Source: Mytilus californianus (Eukaryota). Taken from it: DNA of 64,000 nt. The stretch spans positions 34,286,001 through 34,350,000 of the forward strand of contig NW_026262668.1 of NCBI RefSeq assembly GCF_021869535.1, written 5' to 3'. A model generated the notes under the pieces. It was not told the origin of the DNA and made no database searches. It saw only the letters and a list, made by a program, of their open reading frames with translations. This document shows positions 12,740 through 24,990 of the stretch, piece by piece (position 1 is the first letter of the stretch; each line of letters starts with the position of its first letter). A program made the position numbers and the translations under genes.

Positions 12740-12890
12740 GTATTCTGTGTAGTGATTTTGGACTTGTTTGTCATTTTGTCGTTTTTTGTTTTTTGTTTTT
12801 TTTTTTATTTTGCCATGGCGTTTGTCATTTTCTCCTCGACTTCAAGACTTTTGAGTTTTAAATGTTCCTTTGGTGTCTTCCGCCTCTTTT
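12740..12890 (+). repeat. Solo PLE 3' tail fragment
   Basis: GCCATGGCGTTTGTCA...GAGTTTTAAATGTTCCTTTGGTGTCTTCCGCCTCT, matching 43465-43510 and 63930-64000 on the opposite strand. Confidence 0.5.
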
Positions 12891-14037
12891 TTAAAACAAA
12901 CCCCCTAGCTGAAGCCAATGTGTTAATTGAACACTAACTTGACCAAAACTTACAAAATTTTTGGTTATTCCACCAAAATATAAAACTGATGTTCCAGCTA
13001 CAAATACAGAACATAATATTTCAAAATTGCAATGAGTATTTTAATTTAAAAATGACATCCGAAAGAAATTGTCAGATTTTAAGAAAACTACTCTTATGTC
13101 TTCAACTTTGTTGTGCCGTTTGATTGCTGTCTCATTGACATATTGATATACTTACTTTATGGTTTTTTTACAGTAATGGAAAAGGTTGTCCTGCAGAGTG
13201 CCCTCAAAGATATTTAGGACCTTGGTCAAAACGAAGTATAAATGCGTACAAAAGAAATTCTAAGCGAGCTTTCCATCCACATTCAGATTTACGGGGCATC
13301 TCGTAAGTACATTCACTTTGTTAAATGCTTCCATAATTTTACATAAATGTTGGGTACCAAATGTTTGATCTTGATTTTATGATGTGTAATAATTTATTTT
13401 ACTGTATGCCTTATCTATATTTTTTGTGTTCTATTTGTATATTTATCACAAGCTTGTTGAATAAATGGCAATAAAGATTTAAGTTTAAATTGAATATAGA
13501 ATTGCTTTGGTAACATACAGCATTGTTTATGCATTTTGCTTATACTATATGAGATAATATTACCGAAAACATTATCCCAAGACTATTTTTGCAAGCATAA
13601 TCTCTAACCTTAATAATCCACCTGGAGTTGTCCTGGTTTGATAGTTATGGTACTATGGATCTATTGAAGACTGCTGACTCATGTTCAGTTCTATATCGAT
13701 ATATGGGAAATATTTTTTATTATCTAATTTCAACTTTTCTCATTATTCAACTTCAGAATTCGTCACTTTGGCCGTAATTATCTTTCTTTCAAAAATAAAT
13801 AGTGAAGAATATAAATATTTAAGGTTTCAGACCCCCCAAAAAATGGACTTTATGAGGAAAAAATAAAGGATGCTAATGAATGTTTCCTTATATTCTAATA
13901 AATGTATGGGGTGCGGCAGGATTGCTAACGAGAAAAAATATTTTAAGACCAAATGACAAGGATGTAAGCAACTACAGGTCACCGTATGGCCTTCAACAAT
14001 GAAGAAGAATTTCACTTCCGATATAATAGCTTCATAG

Positions 14038-14560
14038 ATATAAGAAGATGTGGTATGAGTTCCAATGAGACAACTCTCCATCTAAGTCACAATTTGTAAA
14101 TGTAAACCATTATAGGTCAAAGTACGGCCTTCAACACGGAGCCCTGGCTCACACTGAACAGCAAGCTATAAAGGGCCCCAAAAAAGGCTAGTGTAAAACC
14201 ATCCAAACAGGAAAACCAACCGTCTAATCTATATGTTTTATAGGTCAAAGTACGGCCTTCAACACGGAGCCTTGGCTCACACCAAACAGCAAACTATAAA
14301 GGGCCCCAAAAGGCTAGTGTAAAACCATTCAAACAGGAAAACCAACCGTCTAATCTATATGTTTTATAGGTTAAAGTACGACCTTTAACACGGAGCCTTG
14401 GCTCACACCGAACAGCAAGCTATAAAGGGCCCCAAAAATGACTAGTGTAAAACCATTCAAACAGGAAAACCAACGGTCTAATCTATATAAAAAAACGAGA
14501 AACGAGAAACACTTATGAACCACATCAACAAATGACAACCACTGAACATCAGGACTTAAG
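14038..14560 (-). repeat. PLE-type tail with an internal segment of about 127 bp tandemly triplicated
   Basis: Units start at 14112, 14240 and 14366; a single-unit version is at 36185-36375. Confidence 0.75.
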
Positions 14561-14599
14561 TCATGTATATATTAATTGCTACACGCCCTAGTATACACA

Positions 14600-15200
14600 G
14601 CTACATTTGGACATGCACCTTTTTAGTACTATAACTTCACAGTACTAAAAATGTACCTAAATAATGTAGTACCTCCATACTATTGTAATAATCGAGTACC
14701 AACATTTTACAGTACTAAATTTTTTACTAAATATTTAAAGTACTAGTTCTGTACCTCCATTGTGTAGTACTATGAAGGTACAATAATTATAATTTTAATC
14801 GGATACGTAATCTTACTATTTTAAGTGCAATAGTTTTACTGCAGTGGACTGGTACAAATAGTTTTTGTTCCTAAAATGTACTACACATTAAAAGGAAAAA
14901 AAAACTGTTACTTTAAACTTGAAGTACAAATCCAGTACTGTGAAATTGCGCATATGAAATAGTACCACTTTGAAGTACTTAAAAAAGTCCTACATTATTT
15001 AGGCATATTTTCAGTACTTCAAAGTTACGGTACTCAACAAGTACAAAAGCAAAAAGAAGTTGTGTAAATGGAAAATTATTCTTTAATATAATAAAAGAAT
15101 ACTGTACACGTTGAAAAATTAGTATGACTATGTATATCATAATTAGTACTACAAGCATTTGAACTTGCAAACATGCTGAATTTGTAGTGATTAATTTATC
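14600..15200. repeat. GTAC/AGTACT-rich degenerate repeat
   Basis: Dense recurrence of (A)GTAC(T) with no fixed period. Confidence 0.4.
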
Positions 15201-15539
15201 GTCTTGTTGTCTGAAATACCAATACAGGATTCATTTTTTGTATACTATATATTGTGAAGATGGTTATGCCATTAAAAAAAACATCATATCGCTTAGGCTA
15301 TTGAGAATTTCATTTACAGTCACACACTTGAGAAAATTTACCCAGAACGCTGCAGATTTGAAATGTCCTATTTATTGCAAGGCTTGAATGACACACATAC
15401 CCCATCTTATTTATATTATCAAAACATTACAAAGATAAATCATTGCGGTTTTTTCTATATAAAATAAGGAGATTGATTGATTTATTTGTTTGTGTTTTAA
15501 CTCCATTTTCAACTCACTATTGGCTATTTCGTTGTGGCT

Positions 15540-15650
15540 AAATAAGGAGATATGGTATGATTGCTAATGACACAACTATATACCAGAGTTCAAATGACGA
15601 AGATACAAGCAATTATAGGTCACCGTATGGCATTCAACAATGAGACTCAT
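15540..15650 (-). repeat. PLE-type tail end fragment
   Basis: GGAGATATGGTATGATTGCTAATGACACAAC...ATAGGTCACCGTATGG, related to the copies at 14038, 36185 and 44185. Confidence 0.5.
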
Positions 15651-16139
15651 TATCCGTATCTATAATGCAAACTAAATGAAGTGAATATAGTTCATACTAT
15701 GGAAAATTATGAAGGATAATAAAATTTTAATCAGAGATTTAACTATAACGAAGCATGCTTTCGGTGTGATATAAATTCAAAGCTAAATTGTCATGATTTT
15801 AACAAACTTAGTTGATTTGTTTATCAGCACGTCTTTGACCTTTCCGGTATGTTTCACGATCAACTATCTTCCTAATCAAGACTTTATGCATGAGTTTTAG
15901 TGCTTTAAATGACTTATAAAACCATTAACAGTATACACTCCTTTTCAACTGAAGCGACAGTTTTCCTTTGAATATAAGTTTTATAAAAAACCGTAAACCA
16001 AACGCAAGAAAATCTTTTTCAAAGTAATAATGAAGTGTAATAAATTGCTCTCATTGAATTAAAAAATTATTACACATGTCTTACCTGCTCCTGCTTTAAA
16101 GGTAAAATTTATTTGAACTTATAAGATGTAAGCCATGTT

Positions 16140-17390
16140 CAAGAAAAAAGTAAAATCACAAAAATACTGAACTCCGAGGAAAATTCAAAACGGAAAGTCC
16201 CTAATCAAATGGCAAAATCAAATGATAAAACACATCAAACCAATGGATAACAACTGTCATACTCCTGACTTGGTACAGACATTTTCAAATGTAGAAAATG
16301 GTGGATTGAACCTGGTTTTATAGCGCTAAACCTCTCACTTGTATGACAGTCGCATCAAATTCCATTATAATCACAACGACGCGTGAACAAAACAGACATA
16401 ATAGGTAACATTGTCAAAATATGTATACAGCAGTCATCACTGTGTCACAATTCCAAAACAAACAAACATTTAACAAAGAAGTACAAAAAGCATCTATCAA
16501 ATTTAACAACCACATTCATTGCTTTCTTATATATGTATTTTAAATCAACCCATAAAGGATTGAAATATTTAAAGTCCTGTGACTGCATTCACATCTACTC
16601 TTAGTGTAGAGTCGTGTGTTCGACGCCAGAAAATGTAAACGTCACACAGGAAGAAATATTAAATGATTTTGTCGTTCAAAGTATTATCAAAATTATAATT
16701 TCACATGGGGAATGGTGGTATACTGGGTTGAAAAATCAACAGTTTTTGTTAGAACTTATTTCAGAAAAAGACCGAGATTTAAAATTATCCAGAAGTTCTT
16801 TAGAATTTTTAAGAATCCACATATGGTTAATACCACTACGCGAGTAAAATAATATTTGTCGTTCAAAGTATATTCAAAATTATAATAGAACAATAATTAA
16901 CATAATGGTATTATAATAGAACAATAACAAAATAGCGGGATCTTTAAAAGTACAGAGCCACGTCATATGTACCAAAGAAACATATAAAGTCAAACGTACA
17001 AAACACACCAGCAAAAATGAAAGGTAATAAAAACACATTGACGGGATGTTTAAGTACCGAGCCACGTCAAATGGATATCACAGAACACAGACCAAACAGT
17101 AAAAGTAATATTTATAATAGAACAAAGACAAATAAAAGAACAATATAACACGTTATTAAGATGATAAGCAACTTCAGTACGCAGAATCTATACATCAAGA
17201 CCATCATGTATTATTTGTGAAGTTGATACGGAATATATTCGTTGCAAGGTATAAGTTTTATCATAGAGTTCTTGTTAAAATTAAATCATGTGTTCTACCA
17301 GGGGCGATCCGAGCCGGAGCACTCCTGTCAGACCACCCTAGCTCGAGTTTCTTTGTTCTGCATGCTTTCCTTTGTTCTGTAACATTTTTG
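16140..17390 (-). mobile_element. Naiad-type PLE 3' end (RT C-terminus plus tail) containing a misplaced internal RT piece
   Basis: Tail matches 33160-33625 and 40500-40985; 16700-16845 is the reverse complement of RT sequence at 32515-32645. Confidence 0.7.
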
Positions 17391-17710
17391 GCAGGAACGT
17401 CAAATCAACACTAAAACTTAGAAATATTTATACGGAAAAGACTTACTATCAAAATTTGTGTAGAAAAAATCCAGTATCTATGCTGGGAACTCAAGACCTT
17501 TAGCATATAGACCCACGAGTCATACCACTACACCAGGACGACTGGATACAAACTATGTTAATTTAACATATTTAAACATTGTGTTCGGGGCTCATAAAGG
17601 GTATATACTATATAGTAATATATAAAGTATATTATAATGATTGTGTGGCGTTCTAAACTAGATTTTATGAAGCGTGAAGGTTTTTATCTAATCTAGAACA
17701 GCTTGGATGT

Positions 17711-17830
17711 AAAATAGTTATCCAATTCGGACTTGAAGTGCCAGTGTAAGATCACCCTCTGGCCGGAGACCAGATGGTGACACTGATCTTACACTGACAC
17801 ACCGCGTCCTCGTAGGATAACTATTACTTA
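17711..17830. mobile_element. Palindromic MITE
   Basis: AATAGTTATCC (17713) / GGATAACTATT (17815-17825) and GTGCCAGTGTAAGATCA / TGATCTTACACTGACAC around a GC-rich spacer. Confidence 0.55.
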
Positions 17831-20044
17831 AACGACAGTGATGTAAATAATGTAATCCTTATGTCCATTCTTTTGTTGGTCTAATCCTCGTGAACCTGTG
17901 AATATATTTAACTACTACTCGTGAACCAGTGGATAGATTGAGGTGAATTTTAGAAATTCTGAAGAATATAATGTCATTGTGCATCTCTTTTTCATGTATT
18001 TAGCAAAAAATGTTCTTTCCAAAAGAAAAATATGAACTTTTCCGTATCTATAAAAACGAGTAGTCGTCTCTTCCCACACTGCTTACTGGATTTCAGAGAA
18101 TTTCAAATACCTAATGATAGTGTTTACTTTGTATTTTATTTTAAATCCAATGCTTTTAAGGAGTTTCCACATGGACTTTTCCGCAATAAAATAAAAGGAC
18201 AAGTTTGCCATTATTTTTTATTACCTCTGTCCATTAAAAATATTTCTCTTCTAGGTTTGACGATTACGGTTGGTTTATGAAACTGTTGGGCCGGAATAAT
18301 ATTTGAGAGTGAGTATTATCTATTGTCTGGTTCGAACAAACTATTTATTAAACATTAAAGATACATTCTACAATGAACAAATGTTTATAAAGTTTAGTTT
18401 GAAACAAGCAAATATTGCTTAAGTCAATTTGTCTCTTCAAATTATTAATAAGATGGGTATCGACTTGTCACTAAAAGGATTAATAATTGTTAAATTTAGA
18501 TTTAGCTTTACAAGTGTACCAGAGCAAATAATCTCTTTTTTTTTAAAGTTTAAAATTAAAGAAACGTGCTGAAACAAATAATAAATGAAAACAAAAGTTC
18601 TTAAAAAAAAACATAATTTTATGATTTGTATGAGAGGAACAAAAATTTTTAGATGTAAAACAGATATCCTAAAACCGCTTTAACCATGCATGACACACTC
18701 GACCGTAAGAACGTATGTCAGTTCCATACGCTTAATTGGCTGTTGCAGGATTTTAAAATTTTCTTCGATATAAATAAATATTACGCTTTATCATTGATTG
18801 ATTGGTTGATTGATTGATTGGTTTATGTTCAGGAATATGAATTATTGTAATACACATGTGTCAAAGTGAAAACGAGACACAACATGTTAGCAAGTTAATG
18901 TCTTGTCACACACTCGAGGTCACACACAGAGTAGATTAGTCCTAAATCACACTTGACAAATTGGATTCCTATTATATTAGATAAGTATTGCTAGAAAGTT
19001 AATGAGCTTCTAGAATTGTACCATCCTTGTTCCAAATGGAAGTGACGTTATATCACAGTCAACGAATGTCACGTGGATTAGCCGATAATCAAGTTTGGCA
19101 TTCAGATTCCCATTACATTTTATTTACAAGAAAGTTATTGAGCTTTTACAGTAATATTGGTTTTCTTAAGCATACCTTTGTTACAAATAGTGTATACTAA
19201 AAGTATACGGATATCGAATTCTGATTGATTGTGTTTTTTTTTAATTTCAGGTGCGGAATCAAGCTGGTTCCTGTATACACTATAATTAAGAACAATGGAA
19301 TCTCAAAAACATGTATACAGATATATACCTGAGAAAATACTTCCAAAGGATAAAGCAAATATTTAAATATTACAGAAACTTTACATTTTCATTCAGTTCA
19401 TTATACCCCACTCTGGCTAAGTAATGCAAATATTTAGTGATCATTGCGAACCCACTTTGTTCTTTCGTCCGTACATTCGCTTGTCTATTCACACTTAGTG
19501 TAGTTCATATCCATTTTGTTGTTCGTTGCTTATAGTGGTTTCACACAGCAAAACATATCCTATATCAAATCCACAAGAGGCGGTGGGGCATTCTGTATAC
19601 GCTACTTCTTCTGGACTAGTGACTGGCTCCTCTAAACGTAATCTGACAGGATTTCAATGAAACATTCACAGAATCTTCAGTACCTAATCTATTGTGCACA
19701 TCCTTTTTTTATTTTCTGATCTGAATGATTTTTAGAACTACCATAGTCGCCTTATCTTTTCAAACGGGAGGAGAGCGAGAGTACACATATGAGGATTTTA
19801 CTCATAGCCTTTTTTGTTTTTGTTTATTTTTAGTTTTATTAGAAATTATGCTTACAGCGGGTCTGTAAATCTATTGTTTATAAAACATGTTCTATACATA
19901 TATTTTTGAGTGTGTGATATTTATTTAAAATGTAAGAATTTATTTGTTTTTAAATTAAAAAATGTTTTCAATGTGAAAATACAACAGTTCTTTTTCTTAT
20001 CAATTTTCAGTCTTTATTTTTCATTTCATATATAAACCGTTTCG

Positions 20045-20395
20045 GATGTTTCTAGGTAGTGTTTTCGCCTTGAATGTAGCAAGTCATGGGTTCTCACCCG
20101 GCCGTGTCAAACCAAACACTGTAAAATTGATATTTGCTGATTCTCCGCTAAGCACCCGACATTTGGGAGTAAGAGCAAAGACTGGTCAACTCGAAGTCAG
20201 AATGATGTGTCAGGGTAGGGTGACATGTCTTCCTACAGACTGTTATTTTGTGAACTAGCACGTTGAAAATCCGGCTCAACGTGTCGGTCAAGTACAAATC
20301 ATGATTCATATTCATATCACACTAACATGTTTTCGTCCTGAATATGCATTTCATTTGCCACTGGACGTTAAAAATTCATCCATCTATCCATTTAA
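20045..20395 (+). mobile_element. tRNA-derived SINE (family B in this window)
   Basis: tRNA-like head, core CTCCGCTAAGCAC...GAGCAAAGACTGG, tail GCCACTGGACGTTAA; homologous to 35594-35932 and 44784-44994. Confidence 0.75.
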
Positions 20396-22951
20396 TTCAT
20401 ATTTTTTATGACTTAGACATGTATTTCTAATAATACATGTACGTGTATGCTTATACTTCTTGACTAAACTCGTGTTAAATGTAAGAATATATACGCTTAA
20501 AAAATAATTAAAATTAAGCTTGTACATGTAGTTGATGAATTATCGGCAAGCTTCTAAAAATAAACCTATACGAGGTAACCCAAACCTGAAGACGTAATAC
20601 ATTCTTTATTTGTAGAAATTGTTTCACAGTGGTATGCAAAATGTTTTGCCTGAATGAAAACATTTTGAACCCCACTTGCGCGTCGGTTAGCATAAAACAC
20701 TCGTATAAATTGCAACACCAATTGCAACTTACACATATTGTTTTTCGATTTGATATAACTCGTACTGGCTGAGTTTTCATCGTAGTTTCTGCTTCAGTTA
20801 ATGTTTTTCCAAACATATGACAATGTTTATTAATAAATGAATACATTTTTTTTTTCTAATTTAAGACTTCAAATATTACCAGTAATGGGGAACATTAGGC
20901 TAAATTAAATTTTGAAAAAAATCATCAAATAACAATATGATTTACAAATGCAAGAGAAAATATGTTTTCATTCCCATATTTGTCTGTTTATACCGTAACC
21001 TATAATATAAACAGAATTCGAATATGACGTGCTTCTTTCGCTTTGTAAACAACACCGTGATAAAATTCTCGATATATCTATACTTAGCGCAGACTCAGAG
21101 ATGTGCATATTGGTGGCTGTTACTATTTACCTCCCACGTAAATCCACATGTATCGTAACCTATGTGCAAACACTATGTCGATTTCGTTGTGTTCAAATTG
21201 AAATTGAAAAAGAAACTACAGAACCGTTATTCCTATTATAATGCATAACAAAAAGAATTAATTCACAAGAGCTTAAAAAATGTATAAAATCAAAATAAAA
21301 TAAAATTCCGCGAAATTTCATGAATTATCTTGGCACATTAACGTCGTGTCATAATATGACGTCATACGAACGAAAACTCTCAAGCTGATGGTTTTCCGTA
21401 ATGTATACGCCCTAAATTCGGATAATATTGCATTAAAATGGAGTTTTGAGGTAGCTGTTGTTTCATTTTCTATTCCATTGCATTATTTGCACATTTGTAG
21501 ATTTTAGCAAGTCAACATGGCGGCTCACTCCTTAGTTACGACATGTCAACTCTGGATTTGAAAGTAAATAGTAGCCAACGAAAAAAAAATATTTTGGTTA
21601 AGAATTATGACATATGGCAAAATCAAAGGTACTTTATTTAAATCATTTGCACCACGTGACTTTGTCCCTTTTGATCAAATTACTTCCCTTAGCTTAAGAT
21701 TGAAAATATAATTTATTATAGATTTGCGGATAATCCAGTCCTTTTCCGTCATGTACCTAAACTTCCTTTGGCGGATATTTACAAAAATGCTGTGTAAATT
21801 CTAAGGGAAAATGCTTAAAATTTGACTTTTTACGAAATGGGAAGGTTGAAATCATCATGTTTTTAAAAGAATTTGGCCGAAAATTCAAGAAAGCAGGTGG
21901 TCCGAGTACACAGTTATTTCGTAGTGCATTTCTTTTAGACAATAAATGAAAATTAAAAAAATCCCACCTGCGCTTTCTCAATAATATTTTTACAGTGTGT
22001 TGTACTACTTTTGGGACAAATTATATCAAAATTATAGAAAACTTCATCGGCTCTAACTCAAAATATGGACAATTTCATATTAAGGGGGTCTTCAAATCTT
22101 TTGACAGCTTCCGAAGTGCTAATTTTTAACATTTTTCAGCTGGACCAAATCACTACTTTACTTTAAAATTCATGACCCAAATTTTTTTACAGTGTCATTT
22201 CACCCCCCTACTTACTATTTGAGTCATAAAACATGGAGAAATAAATTTGGAAGGGGTATAAAAAAAATCGACAAGTAACACACTGTCCACACTAGGGACT
22301 ATATTCGTGGACAACGAAAGGACAACGAAAATCAAAGGACGATAACTGTGTACCCGGACCAGGTAAGTTAAAAGTTATTTAACTTCAAAATTCAACCTAC
22401 AAGGTGTTTCCCTATATGCGAACAAATCATGAACAATATCTTCTTGCATGTGTATTTCTGTTTTGAATCTTGCTATTTTACGATTTTACGTCATTTTATT
22501 TGATCTTATATAGCAAGTACACAATGGTTACGCTTCCGATTTTTAAACTAAAAAGGCCGAAAGATTTCAGAGTAGACAATGTCCATTTGTACACGGACAG
22601 AAGCCTAAAAACATGTACAATTCACCTATATGCGAACAAATTGTTCATTCGACATAGGTATTTGCATATTGGCATTTTTATTAAAAGGGCTTATATAATC
22701 ATATTGTAATGGCTGCCGTCATGATAAGGCAAAATGGCCGCTATGCAAATTAGCAAATTACCCCAAATTTTGCCATATGAGAATTGAACACATTTTTTCT
22801 AGTGCTTATTTAAGAAATAATTCATGTAAGACTTAGATTTCTTTGAAATTTGTAGCTTTTATCTTACAGGGGGTAAAATAGAACAGCCATACACACGGCA
22901 ATCTTACCTTCGCTTCAGTTTTTTAATAACCGTTTTTGTCCTATTAGAATC

Positions 22952-23115
22952 GAAATAATTCGTGGAAGCCATAGATCTGTTGGACATTTACACATGGCCT
23001 GGGCCGTGATATTCGTTAATTTTATCCCTCGCTAACGCTCAGAATAAAATTCGAATATCACGGCCCAGGCCATGTGTAAATGTCCAACAAATCTATGGCT
23101 TCCATGAATTATTTC
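22952..23115. mobile_element. Palindromic MITE with near-perfect arms of about 65 bp
   Basis: GAAATAATTCGTGGAAGCCATAGATCTGTTGGACATTTACACATGGCCTGGGCCGTGATATTCG and its reverse complement (2 mismatches) around the spacer CCCTCGCTAACGCTCAG. Confidence 0.8.
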
Positions 23116-23875
23116 TTAAACAGTATATAGGCATTAAAGATTAATTCATTATTATGTTATAAGCTATTCAATTTGATATTTTCTGAACATTGAATTCATG
23201 ATATAGGTTGTATTTATCATTTCAGGACAAATTAAAGACTAATTATGTATGTTGTAACAATTTAAAATGAGGGGATAACATGCTTCGTGTAGTTGGTTGG
23301 ATGTAGTTAGTTAGGGGAAGTTTGTGTGTAGGAAATCGTTTTCCAACTGAAACTCTCGAAAAGGTTATAATATGTTCTACATTCTGAGTAAGGCGACCGA
23401 CGAGCGTAACTTGCAAATATACACAGATATGTGAAAAGCACCGATTGTATTGCATAAAGAATAGGCTGCTTACGGTGGGATACAAATTTGTAGAAATAAA
23501 AATATATTTCGAGGAAAGGAAATACCAGTTGAGTTTGTCCTTGTTCATGTCAATGATCCCCGTTAGAGAAACTAACGTTCTAAAGCAATATTCTGAAATA
23601 ATATTTCATTTTCCTCTGGTGGTGGACTGTTCATCAAGATTATCACATGCCCAGTAGCTCAGTTCTTCGGTACTGGCATGAAAATATGGATATTGCTTTA
23701 TTGAAATTTGCTGTTAATAAAACTTAGAAAACGGTTTTAAACTATAGAATGCGTTTGTCTCATGCATAGCTCTGACTCCTTGTACGGGTTTGGCTATACT
23801 TTTAATCTTTTTGGGAATTGAATCAGCTCTTCAACGTTTGTATTAGTTTTTGGATTATTAAACATTTGGCCTCGA

Positions 23876-23919
23876 GCATCACTGAAGAGCCACTAGGTAT
23901 CGAAATGCGCATTTGGTAC
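23876..23919 (+). ncRNA. Minimal type-I hammerhead ribozyme motif (degenerate stem II)
   Basis: GCAUCA-CUGAAGA-[13 nt]-GAAA-UGCGCA (palindrome)-UU-UGGUAC; stem I 5 of 6 pairs. Confidence 0.5.
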
Positions 23920-24504
23920 AGTAAAATTGGTAACGTTAATATTAATACAAACTGCTAATGTCACTCAATTTTTCATTTACGTTCACTTACTCAAGGTCAG
24001 AAATTTCTGGGGGGTTAATATGTAGTTATTCAATAATCCACTCAATTGTTATTAAGGCATGGCCATTTTCAACATCAGCAAAAAGTAAAACGCACCAAAT
24101 TTCATGTAAACTAAAATACGTCATGATTATTTTGCTCCCAAAATGTGTTTCCGGATTAACCTTCATTCGGTTTTCTCGTGACTATCATTGTATAAAATGT
24201 ATAAAAGCATAAAAAAAAAACATTTTATGAAATATAGAAGAGCATAAAAGCAAATGGCATTTTATAAAATGTTGGAGAGAATTATTAATAAAAACAAAAT
24301 GTTGTTAAATGTTGAAGAGCATTAAAAGGGAAGATATTTTATAATTGTTGAGACACAAACGTACTTTTATAAAATGTTGAAGAGCCATTTACAGCAAAAA
24401 GGCTTTAGACAAACAAAAACGTTTGAGGTATACTTTGTCTGATGACGTTACAATCTCACAATTGGCCAATCACATAATCTTATGAGTACAATTTTTAGAT
24501 ACGA

Positions 24505-24552
24505 TAAAATTGAGAATGGAAATGAGGAATGTGTCAAAGAGACAACAACCCG
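24505..24552 (-). repeat. PLE tail terminus fragment
   Basis: ATAAAATTGAGAATGGAAATGAGGAATGTGTCAAAGAGACAACAACCCGAT, nearly identical to 65-115. Confidence 0.6.
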
Positions 24553-24746
24553 ATGTATCTTTAAAATCACGCCAAATACCGAAGCACTTCGTTAAATGAT
24601 GTTCATTTCACGATCACCCCGTTCTCGATAAAATCTTAATTGAGACATGTAGCACATACCCATTAAAACAAACATATGAGTGGATTTTACGTTTTTCAAC
24701 TACAATGTGCTCAAAATTTGCAATACAAAAACGAGTTTTTATATAT

Positions 24747-24990
24747 GAGGGTTTGGATGGGGGTTTACAGAATAGAGAATAATGGGCAAAAAATATAAAG
24801 AATAGAGAAAAATGGACCAGAAAAAGAAAGAATAGAGAATAATGAGATGCTAAAATATAAAGAATATAGAATAATGGGTAGAAAGTATAAAGAATAGAGA
24901 AAAATGGCCTTACAAATTATAAAATACAAAAATGAAGGAACCCCCCCCCCCCCCTACCCCACCCCACCCCCCTCCCTCATCCAGACCCTC
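24747..24990 (+). mobile_element. MITE with 13-bp TIRs, internal AGAATAGAGAA tandem units and a poly-C tract
   Basis: GAGGGTTTGGATG / CATCCAGACCCTC; second copy at 26869-27053. Confidence 0.65.

Noticed and set aside
21000-22330. Probable 1.3-kb interspersed repeat
   Set aside because: Looks repeat-like, but I could not find TIRs, a TSD or a second copy in the window to define it.
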